Below are positions 9,816 through 17,483 of a stretch of DNA of 64,000 bases, piece by piece; position 1 is the stretch's first letter; each line of letters begins with the position of its first letter. Source of the stretch: Verrucomicrobiota bacterium (lineage in GTDB: Bacteria; Verrucomicrobiota; Verrucomicrobiia; Verrucomicrobiales; DEV007); assembly GCA_045046875.1 (NCBI GenBank), contig JASFYY010000030.1, positions 33,525 through 97,524 on the forward strand, in the 5' to 3' direction. The notes beneath the pieces are model-generated. The model saw only the letters and a program-made list of their open reading frames with translations. It had not been told where the DNA came from and ran no database searches. Made by a program: the position numbers and the translations under genes.

Positions 9816-11063
9816 TTATTTATGCCTCCTAGATGAAAGAAAAGACTTCTTTAAAGTTTTTTTACTCGATGAAAAAGGCAGTTTGAAGCGTGAAAACAGC
9901 TTTTTACGGGGTTTTACAGGCTCAACGGGCAGTTGCATAGGGTCAAAAGTGGCAAGGGCAGGGGAAACAGATTCTGCAATCGCTGGGACAACTCGAAGCA
10001 ATAACGCAATCTCACGCCGTGCATTTGATTCATCCTTTTTAAAACCAATCCCAAACAAACCCTTTTGTTTAAATTTACGCACCTCCTGACCCTTTAACCC
10101 TCCAACGGCATACCATTTGCCCAAAACCGGACGAAAACGACTCTCCCAGACCTGTGAAGCTATTTCCGGTATCAAATTGCCGTCAATCTCAGTTTCCCCG
10201 GCTACATCCTCAGATATTTGATTCACATTGATTTCAACGCCTGATCCCAATTGCACCAAATCAACAGTAAGAGTAAGAGCAACGCGCCGAAACTCGATGG
10301 AGTTCCGGACATTACCATTACCTTGTTGATCAGAGATAGGAACGGCAATTTCCCGCCCAGATGAAATTTTACCAGTTTCGCCACTAGAAAGAATAATTGA
10401 AGGCCTAGCGACCACATCGAGCCTACCGGAATCCTGTAAACGATCAATTGCTAGCGTGAGCCAATCCGTTTTTAAATCCAATCTGCCCGGAGAACTTAAA
10501 ATTGAATGATTATCAAAACTAAGGCGATCACCTTCCGAATATTTCAGAACCCAATCAAGTGAAAACTTTTCGCCATTAGAAATATTAGCAAAACCGATAA
10601 CAGCCTCAACTCGATACTGATCACCAGCAATATCAATAGCGCCTAACATAGCTTCAATCATTGGAGCCTGGTCCTCATCCAATCTGACAATCACTTGATT
10701 GCCTACTGGATTAATCATCCAATCAATTCGCGTATTGGTTCCAGAGTTTTGACGGAAAAACTCAATATTAGGAACAGCCCTATTAACGAATTTGCGAACA
10801 ATAACAACTTGTTCAGATTTCTCTGATGGGTCAGAAACAGGGGCAGGGGAGGGGAGCAAAGGTTTTTCAACCATTAAAGGCTGTGGAGCTTTTTCTTGCT
10901 CATCATCCAAACCAGTTTTTTCTTTTTCAGAATCATTTTCAGACTCTGCGCGGGCATCCATGGAAGCGCCTATAGCACCAAACAAACCGCGACCGCTAGA
11001 AAGCCTATTTTTAACACCCCAACCGATGCCAACCAGCAACAACACTACTATTAATAATTTCAT
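9816..11063 (-). CDS. Phage pIV-like secretin
   Basis: Secretin-domain motifs RPSIILSSGETGKISSGREI, IEFRRVALTL, VGGL; AAGGAG SD upstream. Confidence 0.85.
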   Translation of the reverse strand: MKLLIVVLLLVGIGWGVKNRLSSGRGLFGAIGASMDARAESENDSEKEKTGLDDEQEKAPQPLMVEKPLLPSPAPVSDPSEKSEQVVIVRKFVNRAVPNIEFFRQNSGTNTRIDWMINPVGNQVIVRLDEDQAPMIEAMLGAIDIAGDQYRVEAVIGFANISNGEKFSLDWVLKYSEGDRLSFDNHSILSSPGRLDLKTDWLTLAIDRLQDSGRLDVVARPSIILSSGETGKISSGREIAVPISDQQGNGNVRNSIEFRRVALTLTVDLVQLGSGVEINVNQISEDVAGETEIDGNLIPEIASQVWESRFRPVLGKWYAVGGLKGQEVRKFKQKGLFGIGFKKDESNARREIALLLRVVPAIAESVSPALATFDPMQLPVEPVKPRKKLFSRFKLPFSSSKKTLKKSFLSSRRHK

Positions 11064-11817
11064 TTTGTGACTCCTTTTTTACTCTCATTTTAACCAAGAT
11101 AGGAAATTCAAGCTCGAGCAAAGCTATAATCCTTTTTAAAACACTAACCTTTTTAACTTGCCGTCTTTTAATTCGGGCACGCTGATTTTGTGCCATGCCT
11201 TGCATAAGTGAATCTAGCATAGCCTCCGTTTTGTAGCAGCGACCAACGGACATAGTGAACCGCGCAAACTTACGCCGCATAATCAAACCCGATTTAGCAT
11301 CTCGACAAACCCAAACAAATATTTGACCGAACATTTTACCAATCAAAGGAAGAGTAATATGTTTTAAATTCACTGCCGACCAAATCACTTGAGACTGTTT
11401 TCTGAATTGTGAATTCATCGTGGTTTTGTCCTGGGTAATGAAAATAACATCAACCCCCGCTTTACGACTTTGAGTTAAGAAAGAAAGCATATCACCATCT
11501 TTTGATTGCGTCTCTTTCCACTTATGCGCGTTATACCAAAGATGCCCCTCGTCAATCGTAACGAGAACAGGACATTCAAGAGAGCCCCAGTCTACAAGTT
11601 TCCACCAATCTGTTAAACCATCAGCAACAGGCAAACTTTTTAATTGTTTCGAATCAAATTCAACCCCATAGCGCGCCGCTAAATAACGAGTCACATGATC
11701 ATGGTCAAATTCAATATTGGTAAAAGCCGTACCGCCAGCAGCTAAATGCTCAATCGTATTGACTACAGCCAAATAAGTTTTACCACCCCCGATTTTCCCC
11801 TCAATTATAGAAATCAT
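11011..11817 (-). CDS. Zot-like / pI morphogenesis ATPase
   Basis: Walker A GKIGGGKT, Walker B VTIDEGH, QSRKAGVDVIFITQ motif. Confidence 0.92.
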   Translation of the reverse strand: MISIIEGKIGGGKTYLAVVNTIEHLAAGGTAFTNIEFDHDHVTRYLAARYGVEFDSKQLKSLPVADGLTDWWKLVDWGSLECPVLVTIDEGHLWYNAHKWKETQSKDGDMLSFLTQSRKAGVDVIFITQDKTTMNSQFRKQSQVIWSAVNLKHITLPLIGKMFGQIFVWVCRDAKSGLIMRRKFARFTMSVGRCYKTEAMLDSLMQGMAQNQRARIKRRQVKKVSVLKRIIALLELEFPILVKMRVKKESQNEIINSSVVAGWHRLGC

Positions 11818-11822
11818 TTTTA

Positions 11823-12146
11823 TTAATTAGCGACTGTTGGAATAAAGCTTTTGATCCAACGAAACAAAAGCAACGCTGAAAACATGGTGAAATACGCAAG
11901 GCTCATTGCGAGAGTTTCAGACAAGGCAAAAAAATGATTCACTAAACCCGAAACCTCAGCAACAGCGCTGAAATTCAGATTAGAAAACATCATTTGCGAC
12001 GAGAGAAAAGAAGCAAAATTTACAAGCAAATCTGCAAGCATACCAGTAACCGATTCAATCACGGCAACCACTGGCAAAACGAAAAGACTAAGTTTAGCTA
12101 ACATTTTAGCCATAAACTCAGCAATCCTAACTAATAACAAGGCCAT
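11823..12146 (-). CDS. pVI-like minor coat protein
   Basis: 107 aa, hydrophobic, ends WIKSFIP; lies between pIII and pI. Confidence 0.8.
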   Translation of the reverse strand: MALLLVRIAEFMAKMLAKLSLFVLPVVAVIESVTGMLADLLVNFASFLSSQMMFSNLNFSAVAEVSGLVNHFFALSETLAMSLAYFTMFSALLLFRWIKSFIPTVAN

Positions 12147-12149
12147 GTT

Positions 12150-13916
12150 TTATATTTTTAAAGTTTTATAGGACAACGTGAGAAAACCGACACTCATAAA
12201 AATGAGAGTGCAAAGCCGAACCATGCCCCAAACCGAACTTGTGAAATCCAGCTTTAAAGGAAAATTTGCACCTAGAAGAGTAAAACTTTTATCAATCATA
12301 GCCACGTCACCCGAAAAGGCCGGAATCGTAGGCAATGACATAAATTTACCATTATCAGAAAGACTATCTTTCAAAATTTCCAAATCATTAAATGAATCAG
12401 TTAAAGCTGTAGCAGATTCTACACCCGACAAATCTCCCGATTCCATATCGAGATTATTAGCATAACCCAAAGCCTCAGCGTCAATACGCCGTATTTCACC
12501 AGCAACATCACCATCACCCGTAATTTTTACACTTGATGAATTATCAATCTCTGTAATTTCTGGTGGAAGGGGAATAGAACCCGTAAAACCATTAGTGTTT
12601 GAAACCGTAGTTGAAGTAGTCCCGTCTGGATTTGTTGTAGTGACGACCTGACTAGCCGTGGTTGAGCCGTCCGAGCCAATCACAGAAGAACCCGATGTTG
12701 TGACCGTTCCAGACCCGCCAACAATTGCACCACGTAAATTGAGCTCAGAAACACTAAGAGTTCCACCGCCGATTTGCTCAACCGGCGTACCTGATTGAGT
12801 CGTGACAGTTAATCCAGAAGCCGACTCTAGCGCATAATTCCTATCAACAGTCGTCTGACCATTGCCAACAGCAATCGTTTCAACTGGCCTTTCACCGTCT
12901 TGGATAACTATAATTTGTGGAGCTCCAGATTGATTGTCAACATTAAGCCGCACAGTAAAATCATCAGCAGGGTTAAAAGTCAAATTCCCCGCCGATTGAG
13001 TACGCGTAGATGCACCAACCACAAAAGAAGGATCAAAAGAAGGATCAAGAGCACCAGTAGGAACAACAAAAATCTGAGTGCCAGGCGGCAAATCTTGCGA
13101 ACCGGAAATCTGCAAAGTTTGCCCAGGAGCGATATCAATAGCTCCATTTGTTAAACTAATTTGCTGCCCATCAGGAGTCAAAGCAAAGACCTCCAAAGAC
13201 CGTGTGGTATCGTCATTATTAGTGACCTGATAATCAAAATCAAGACCCTCAATTTCCGGGGGAGCGGCAGTAGAAACACCTGGCCGACCAGTTGCCGGAA
13301 CCTCAATAGAATAAAGATTAATACCCTCAACAGGAAAAGAAATCGAACTAGAAGTAACAGACCCCAAAGAAATAGAAAGGCCAACGGTTACACTGCCAGA
13401 AAGTAACAATTCAAAGGAAACACTGTCCAGAATAGTCTCTGAATTATAATCGAGCAATTGAAACGTACCAAAAATAGAACCCTCAGCAATAACATTAATA
13501 GGCGGGTCAGTTGTCTGAGGATAAAGCCTGCCATCATCTGACCCCGCTGTACCATAACTTTTAAAACCTCTAACAGTATTAAAATTATGAGTTAAAGCGC
13601 GAATGCTCTCAGCAGGAACGCTAGTGGCGATTTTATCAACACTCAGCGCATAAATTGCATGTTGACCAGAGTCTAAAAGAATTCGAACTTTAAAATGCTT
13701 TTGAGTCAACGCCTGATTGTGCACATTAAAGGGAATATTAGCACTCTTAAAACTAAAAATTGCCGCACCAGAAACAACCGTTCCATCATTAAAAGTTAGA
13801 TTTTCGCCTCCCAAATATTTACGAGAACCCGTAAAATCAGTCGTTATTTTATAGCCCTGAGCGGCTAACTCACTTGATAAACCAAGAATTAATACCGTAA
13901 ATACTAACAAGCGCAA
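12150..13916 (-). CDS. pIII-like adsorption protein
   Basis: Likely TTG start at 13916 giving the signal peptide MRLLVFTVLILGLSSELAAQ (open frame extends to 14024); S/T/G-rich linker TTTNPDGTTSTT; C-terminal TM anchor. Confidence 0.8.
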   Translation of the reverse strand: MRLLVFTVLILGLSSELAAQGYKITTDFTGSRKYLGGENLTFNDGTVVSGAAIFSFKSANIPFNVHNQALTQKHFKVRILLDSGQHAIYALSVDKIATSVPAESIRALTHNFNTVRGFKSYGTAGSDDGRLYPQTTDPPINVIAEGSIFGTFQLLDYNSETILDSVSFELLLSGSVTVGLSISLGSVTSSSISFPVEGINLYSIEVPATGRPGVSTAAPPEIEGLDFDYQVTNNDDTTRSLEVFALTPDGQQISLTNGAIDIAPGQTLQISGSQDLPPGTQIFVVPTGALDPSFDPSFVVGASTRTQSAGNLTFNPADDFTVRLNVDNQSGAPQIIVIQDGERPVETIAVGNGQTTVDRNYALESASGLTVTTQSGTPVEQIGGGTLSVSELNLRGAIVGGSGTVTTSGSSVIGSDGSTTASQVVTTTNPDGTTSTTVSNTNGFTGSIPLPPEITEIDNSSSVKITGDGDVAGEIRRIDAEALGYANNLDMESGDLSGVESATALTDSFNDLEILKDSLSDNGKFMSLPTIPAFSGDVAMIDKSFTLLGANFPLKLDFTSSVWGMVRLCTLIFMSVGFLTLSYKTLKI

Positions 13917-14034
13917 TAAACCCCCCAAGAATTGTCGAAATACCCTCGTTGAAAATCGCAATAAAACCCGTTGCAGGCTCATTGATTTTTTGAAGCTCTG
14001 CCAAAATTTGAGTAAGTAATTCATTATCAGTCAT
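13870..14034 (-). CDS. Small hydrophobic phage protein (pVII/pIX-like)
   Basis: 54 aa from ATG at 14034 (MTDNELL...) with a C-terminal TM; overlaps the pIII start. Confidence 0.6.
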   Translation of the reverse strand: MTDNELLTQILAELQKINEPATGFIAIFNEGISTILGGFIALVSIYGINSWFIK

Positions 14035-14045
14035 TACGTAAAGGG

Positions 14046-14420
14046 CTAAGACCAATCAGCGTCGTCTGGATGCGAGTCTCTCAGAAACTCTTGATATGCC
14101 GCCTCATTTTCCTCTGCGGTCATTTCGTTTCCACTCGCATCATAAAAAGTTTGAGGTTCAGCACTCAGTAAATCACCATCATCATTGTAAGAATATTCAA
14201 CGCCATTCTCAACATATTGATTAGGATGAGCAGATTCATTCATACCGTGTAAATCCCAATCCTCCATTTGTTCTTGTAAATAATCATCATCACCATTAAC
14301 TAAAATTTTAAAAGTGCTGATGACTTTCTCAACTACAAAAAGAGTAATCACAGCAATCAAGCCACCCAATAAAAAAAGTTTTATTTCAGAATCCGCGTAA
14401 TCAAAAAGAGTATCAAACAT
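14046..14420 (-). CDS. Phage membrane protein with a highly acidic C-terminal tail
   Basis: One N-terminal TM followed by a D/E-rich region. Confidence 0.7.
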   Translation of the reverse strand: MFDTLFDYADSEIKLFLLGGLIAVITLFVVEKVISTFKILVNGDDDYLQEQMEDWDLHGMNESAHPNQYVENGVEYSYNDDGDLLSAEPQTFYDASGNEMTAEENEAAYQEFLRDSHPDDADWS

Positions 14421-14446
14421 AAGAATAAATAGATTAAATTAAATAG

Positions 14447-14482
14447 TTTTAAGAGGGGATGAATAAACACCCCCCCTTAAAA
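14447..14482 (-). terminator. Hairpin after the major coat gene (central terminator-like)
   Basis: Minus strand TTTTAAGGGGGGGTG...CATCCCCTCTTAAAA just downstream of the pVIII stop. Confidence 0.6.
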
Positions 14483-14491
14483 CGATCAACC

Positions 14492-14707
14492 CTAGCTGAT
14501 GATGCGTTTAGCAGCACGCAGCACGAACACGGCACCAATCACGATACCGACCACAGCAACAGCGGCAGGAATCACCAAGCCAAGTTCAGTGGAAATGTCA
14601 CCAGTAGCAGTGACAAGATCAGCACCAACACCAGCCTGAGCTGATCCAGAAGCCAACAACGATGCACCCGCAAGAGCGCCCAACAGCATGTTTTTATTTT
14701 TTTTCAT
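14492..14707 (-). CDS. pVIII-like major coat protein
   Basis: 25-aa leader ending AQA; 46-aa mature part with acidic N-terminus, one TM and a basic C-terminus (RAAKRIIS). Confidence 0.9.
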   Translation of the reverse strand: MKKNKNMLLGALAGASLLASGSAQAGVGADLVTATGDISTELGLVIPAAVAVVGIVIGAVFVLRAAKRIIS

Positions 14708-14727
14708 GTTTTTCTTATTTTGTCTAA

Positions 14728-14832
14728 TTAACCGCCGACAGCATCAAAAACCAGCCTAACCCCAGATATAACTACGCCAACAGCTCGCAAACCGAACCAA
14801 AGCAAAATTAAACTGGAAGCTGTCAATACCAT
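14728..14832 (-). CDS. 34-aa pVII/pIX-like minor coat protein (not in the ORF track)
   Basis: Translated by hand: MVLTASSLILLWFGLRAVGVVISGVRLVFDAVGG; directly upstream of pVIII. Confidence 0.6.
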   Translation of the reverse strand: MVLTASSLILLWFGLRAVGVVISGVRLVFDAVGG

Positions 14833-14848
14833 CTATAAACGATTAAAT

Positions 14849-15028
14849 CTATAATGCCGCTCCCCGTGCTACCTCGGCAGGAGTCACCAACCGAGAGCCC
14901 GCAGTCATAGGGAGAAGCAAAGTTTCACTAGCTTTCAAATCTTTTAAAATTCGATAAGCTAAAATTCTCAATTCCTTACTTTTTTGGATACTCTGAAAAC
15001 AGAGTTTTTTAATTTCGTTATTGTTCAT
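14849..15028 (-). CDS. 59-aa hypothetical phage protein (not in the ORF track)
   Basis: Translated by hand: MNNNEIKKLCFQSIQKSKELRILAYR...; ATGA overlap with the upstream ORF. Confidence 0.5.
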   Translation of the reverse strand: MNNNEIKKLCFQSIQKSKELRILAYRILKDLKASETLLLPMTAGSRLVTPAEVARGAAL

Positions 15029-15222
15029 CCTTCAAGGAATTTAGTGGGAACATCTTTGAAGAAATCAATGTGGACTGATTGCAATTCCGCATTTTTCTTT
15101 TCCTTCACATGATCAGTTGTATGATTTAAATACTTTTTTAAAAAATCATCATCAGAAGCACCGAGCGCATAACATTCAAACTGTCTACCATCGGCATCTA
15201 AACAAATAAATTTAACTCTCAT
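15025..15222 (-). CDS. Hypothetical phage protein
   Basis: 65-aa ORF in the same direction as the phage operon. Confidence 0.55.
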   Translation of the reverse strand: MRVKFICLDADGRQFECYALGASDDDFLKKYLNHTTDHVKEKKNAELQSVHIDFFKDVPTKFLEG

Positions 15223-15318
15223 GTCAATTAAGTTTTATTTTAACAAGGAAAGGAAACCCGCTTTCCTCGGTGTGCTCTCGCAAGCTCGGCACAGTCGAGG
15301 TAAGCGGGTAATCCTTAT

Positions 15319-15693
15319 TTAAACTATCTTGATGTCTCCCATCAATTCAGGATTAGACCCTTGGTTAGTATTCGCACTAGTGACATTGATTTCAACTGCC
15401 GCGAATTGGGGCAGGGGAACCAATGAACCAGGCGAACCCTCTTTTGCCTCTGCCATCTGTAGATGTGAAAACGAGCCTTTGCCGTCTGAAATCTCAGTGG
15501 TGACACGCTCCCAACATTTGCCTGACTTTGCCATCTTAGGCGGTGTATGGACTGACGTGACAACTAAGCCACAAGCTATCAAGCCGGTACGGTCACTGAA
15601 TTTATCTTGGAGAATTCCAGCGAACATTTTAACCATTGGGCTTTCATCCGATTTATTCCCTGCCTGTCTTTCGATAATAAGTTTTTCTGCCAT
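15319..15693 (-). CDS. Putative ssDNA-binding protein (pV-like)
   Basis: 124 aa, beta-rich OB-fold-like pattern; follows Rep, the position of gene V. Confidence 0.6.
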   Translation of the reverse strand: MAEKLIIERQAGNKSDESPMVKMFAGILQDKFSDRTGLIACGLVVTSVHTPPKMAKSGKCWERVTTEISDGKGSFSHLQMAEAKEGSPGSLVPLPQFAAVEINVTSANTNQGSNPELMGDIKIV

Positions 15694-16520
15694 GATTCTA
15701 TGTGTTTTTCAATGTTTTTTGCCGCTGTGTAGTATTGTTTGTTATACGGCAGCGACGCTTTACCGATAAAAACCAGATTGTTTAAATCTGTAAAAAATGT
15801 TGATTTGAGGGATTTTAATCTTGTGACCTGTGAGCCTAAATACCTGTCCTGTGAGTCTCTAGCAATCAGCACTACACAACACGCCCAACGGTCTAATTTT
15901 GCGCGCACTGTCCATGGTAAAAGACAGCTTTTCGGTTCGAGCTTTTTTTTTAGCTCAGTATCAATATTGCCAGTGTAAAAATGTGGGGACGTTTGCCAGA
16001 ATCGCGCACGGTCGAACGTTTTTCCATCGTCGCCCTGATAATCAGCGAACCAATCAGGGATGGTGGAATTTGAACCATCGGGATTTTTGAAAAGGTATTT
16101 GAACATATAGTCCAACGTTGCGCCCTCGATGCGTTTGATATTGACGCGACCCAATCCCCAAAACTCGCTGACCATCTGCATCTCAAACACGGTTAGTTTG
16201 CGAGTTATAGACATAGCCATGTGCCAATGTACCCAGCCATGATTCAAACCATTGCCGCCGTGAAATTCCATCTTCCAACAATGTTTAATCTCGAAATGGT
16301 CACCAAATTGCATTTTCATCATCGCGTTAAATCTACGCAAGCGGTCTAACCCTTTGAAATAACCGTCTACCTCATCCACAAATAGATCAGGATTGAGAGT
16401 TAGGGTGATGAAACGCCAATTTGTCATATCTGGCACACCCTTAGCAAGTATCTTGTTGCGCATCATCCGCACACCTTCGGGAGTAAACCAGTTTGGAAAT
16501 TTGTAGTCTCTGATTTCCAT
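15579..16520 (-). CDS. HUH rolling-circle replication initiator
   Basis: Motif 1 FITLT, motif 2 HWH, motif 3 YMFKY with two Tyr. Confidence 0.9.
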   Translation of the reverse strand: MEIRDYKFPNWFTPEGVRMMRNKILAKGVPDMTNWRFITLTLNPDLFVDEVDGYFKGLDRLRRFNAMMKMQFGDHFEIKHCWKMEFHGGNGLNHGWVHWHMAMSITRKLTVFEMQMVSEFWGLGRVNIKRIEGATLDYMFKYLFKNPDGSNSTIPDWFADYQGDDGKTFDRARFWQTSPHFYTGNIDTELKKKLEPKSCLLPWTVRAKLDRWACCVVLIARDSQDRYLGSQVTRLKSLKSTFFTDLNNLVFIGKASLPYNKQYYTAAKNIEKHIESWQKNLLSKDRQGINRMKAQWLKCSLEFSKINSVTVPA

Positions 16521-16521
16521 A

Positions 16522-16854
16522 TTATCCGAGTTGTAAGTTTTCCTGTGTTTCCACGGGACCCAATAAATCCAAAATCAAGCCACGCAGGAAAATAACTACG
16601 GCATAACGGAAACGCCCCATATGACAAAAAAATCGGCGTCCATCATCCATCAAAATTAACCACTCCCCGAGCCCTAAATATACGGCGACGCATTTGCGGT
16701 GTGAAATCGTCTCGTTACGATAACAAAGCTCGAATAATAGAGCGGGGGGAGCGGTTGGCAAAACCTCGAATTGAGGTTTGCATTTCTGGCGAGAAAAATC
16801 CCGCGGGTCGGAAGAGATCAAATCAATGATCCCAATTTCTGGCTGGTCTGCCAT
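16522..16854 (-). CDS. Hypothetical phage protein
   Basis: 110-aa ORF ending 1 nt before the Rep start. Confidence 0.6.
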   Translation of the reverse strand: MADQPEIGIIDLISSDPRDFSRQKCKPQFEVLPTAPPALLFELCYRNETISHRKCVAVYLGLGEWLILMDDGRRFFCHMGRFRYAVVIFLRGLILDLLGPVETQENLQLG

Positions 16855-17004
16855 ATCTTATTTTGTCTAGTAAAAACGGGATTACTTAAGTCCCGTTGTC
16901 CGAATCAATCGAACGACACCAGAAAACACCAAATAAAAGAAAATGTCAAAATAAAAAAAACAGAGCAGCGAAACCGAAAGACAAATCGAGCCTCTAAAAA
17001 AGAA

Positions 17005-17157
17005 TCAAATAATGAAATTCAGCAAAGATTTCTCCAAAGCGCCAAAGATTAAATACCTAACCGCAAAGTAAAGAATAACCAAAATAGGAATAGTTAGGAT
17101 GGCAGATAAGCAACTACCCAAACAGCTTTTTTTACCAGCTTCCCAATTCAATTTCAT
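17005..17157 (-). CDS. 50-aa single-TM phage protein (not in the ORF track)
   Basis: Translated by hand: MKLNWEAGKKSCLGSCLSAILTIPILVILYFAVRYLIFGALEKSLLNFII. Confidence 0.45.
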   Translation of the reverse strand: MKLNWEAGKKSCLGSCLSAILTIPILVILYFAVRYLIFGALEKSLLNFII

Positions 17158-17222
17158 AATTCAAAAATATAATTAAAAACAAAACCCGAAAAGAAAATCA
17201 AACCGGAAAGAGCATTAAAAAA

Positions 17223-17252
17223 GCCTTCTGGGATTAAGTAGTCCCAGAAGGC
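17223..17252 (-). promoter_or_regulatory. Perfect 11-bp stem-loop, candidate rolling-circle nick site (dso)
   Basis: Minus strand GCCTTCTGGGA-CTACTTAA-TCCCAGAAGGC upstream of rep. Confidence 0.45.
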
Positions 17253-17389
17253 GTATGAAGGTAACTAGCCTTCTTCGCGCCCAAAAGACTAGACAGGGAT
17301 AAGAAACCCTTGGAAAACCCTTGTGCGCTTATAGACACCATAAACGCACAAAGCCTGATAGAGCAAGGGGAATTAGAACAAAAAACCCG

Positions 17390-17417
17390 ATTTCACATTA
17401 CATGTATTGTGCGAAGT
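17390..17417 (-). other. Chromosomal dif site / right prophage junction (attR)
   Basis: Minus strand ACTTCGCACAA-TACATG-TAATGTGAAAT, resembling E. coli dif GGTGCGCATAA-TGTATA-TTATGTTAAAT. Confidence 0.9.
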
Positions 17418-17483
17418 TATAGATAGGGCTGATATACGACCGTAATGCTGATATATTGGGCTTTTACCCTATTTTGGTCAAAA

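Larger units (their letters stand above)
8985..17417 (-). mobile_element. Filamentous (Inoviridae-like) prophage integrated at dif (IMEX)
   Basis: Flanking direct dif repeats; lower GC; gene order Rep-SSB-minor coat-pVIII-pIII-pVI-Zot/pI-pIV on one strand; no integrase. Confidence 0.93.

Noticed and set aside
11074..11081. A-AAA-AAG slippery heptamer near the end of pI, suggesting a pI-pIV frameshift fusion
   Set aside because: The -1 frame hits TGA within a few codons and the secretin is in the +1 frame; the sequence is better explained as the AAGGAG SD of the secretin gene
11011..11817. Zot as an enterotoxin or virulence gene
   Set aside because: Only the N-terminal ATPase domain is present; its context indicates phage morphogenesis
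13917..14024. N-terminal extension of the 624-aa pIII ORF
   Set aside because: It fully overlaps the small hydrophobic ORF and would bury the signal peptide; TTG at 13916 is more plausible
16771..17052. 93-aa plus-strand ORF as a divergent phage repressor
   Set aside because: Lys/Asn-rich low-complexity product of an A-rich strand, no HTH, and antisense to minus-strand ORFs
17321..17352. CTX-type folded ssDNA attP
   Set aside because: The hairpin shares only TTGTGCG with the XerC arm and has no second XerD arm; the direct repeats already explain integration
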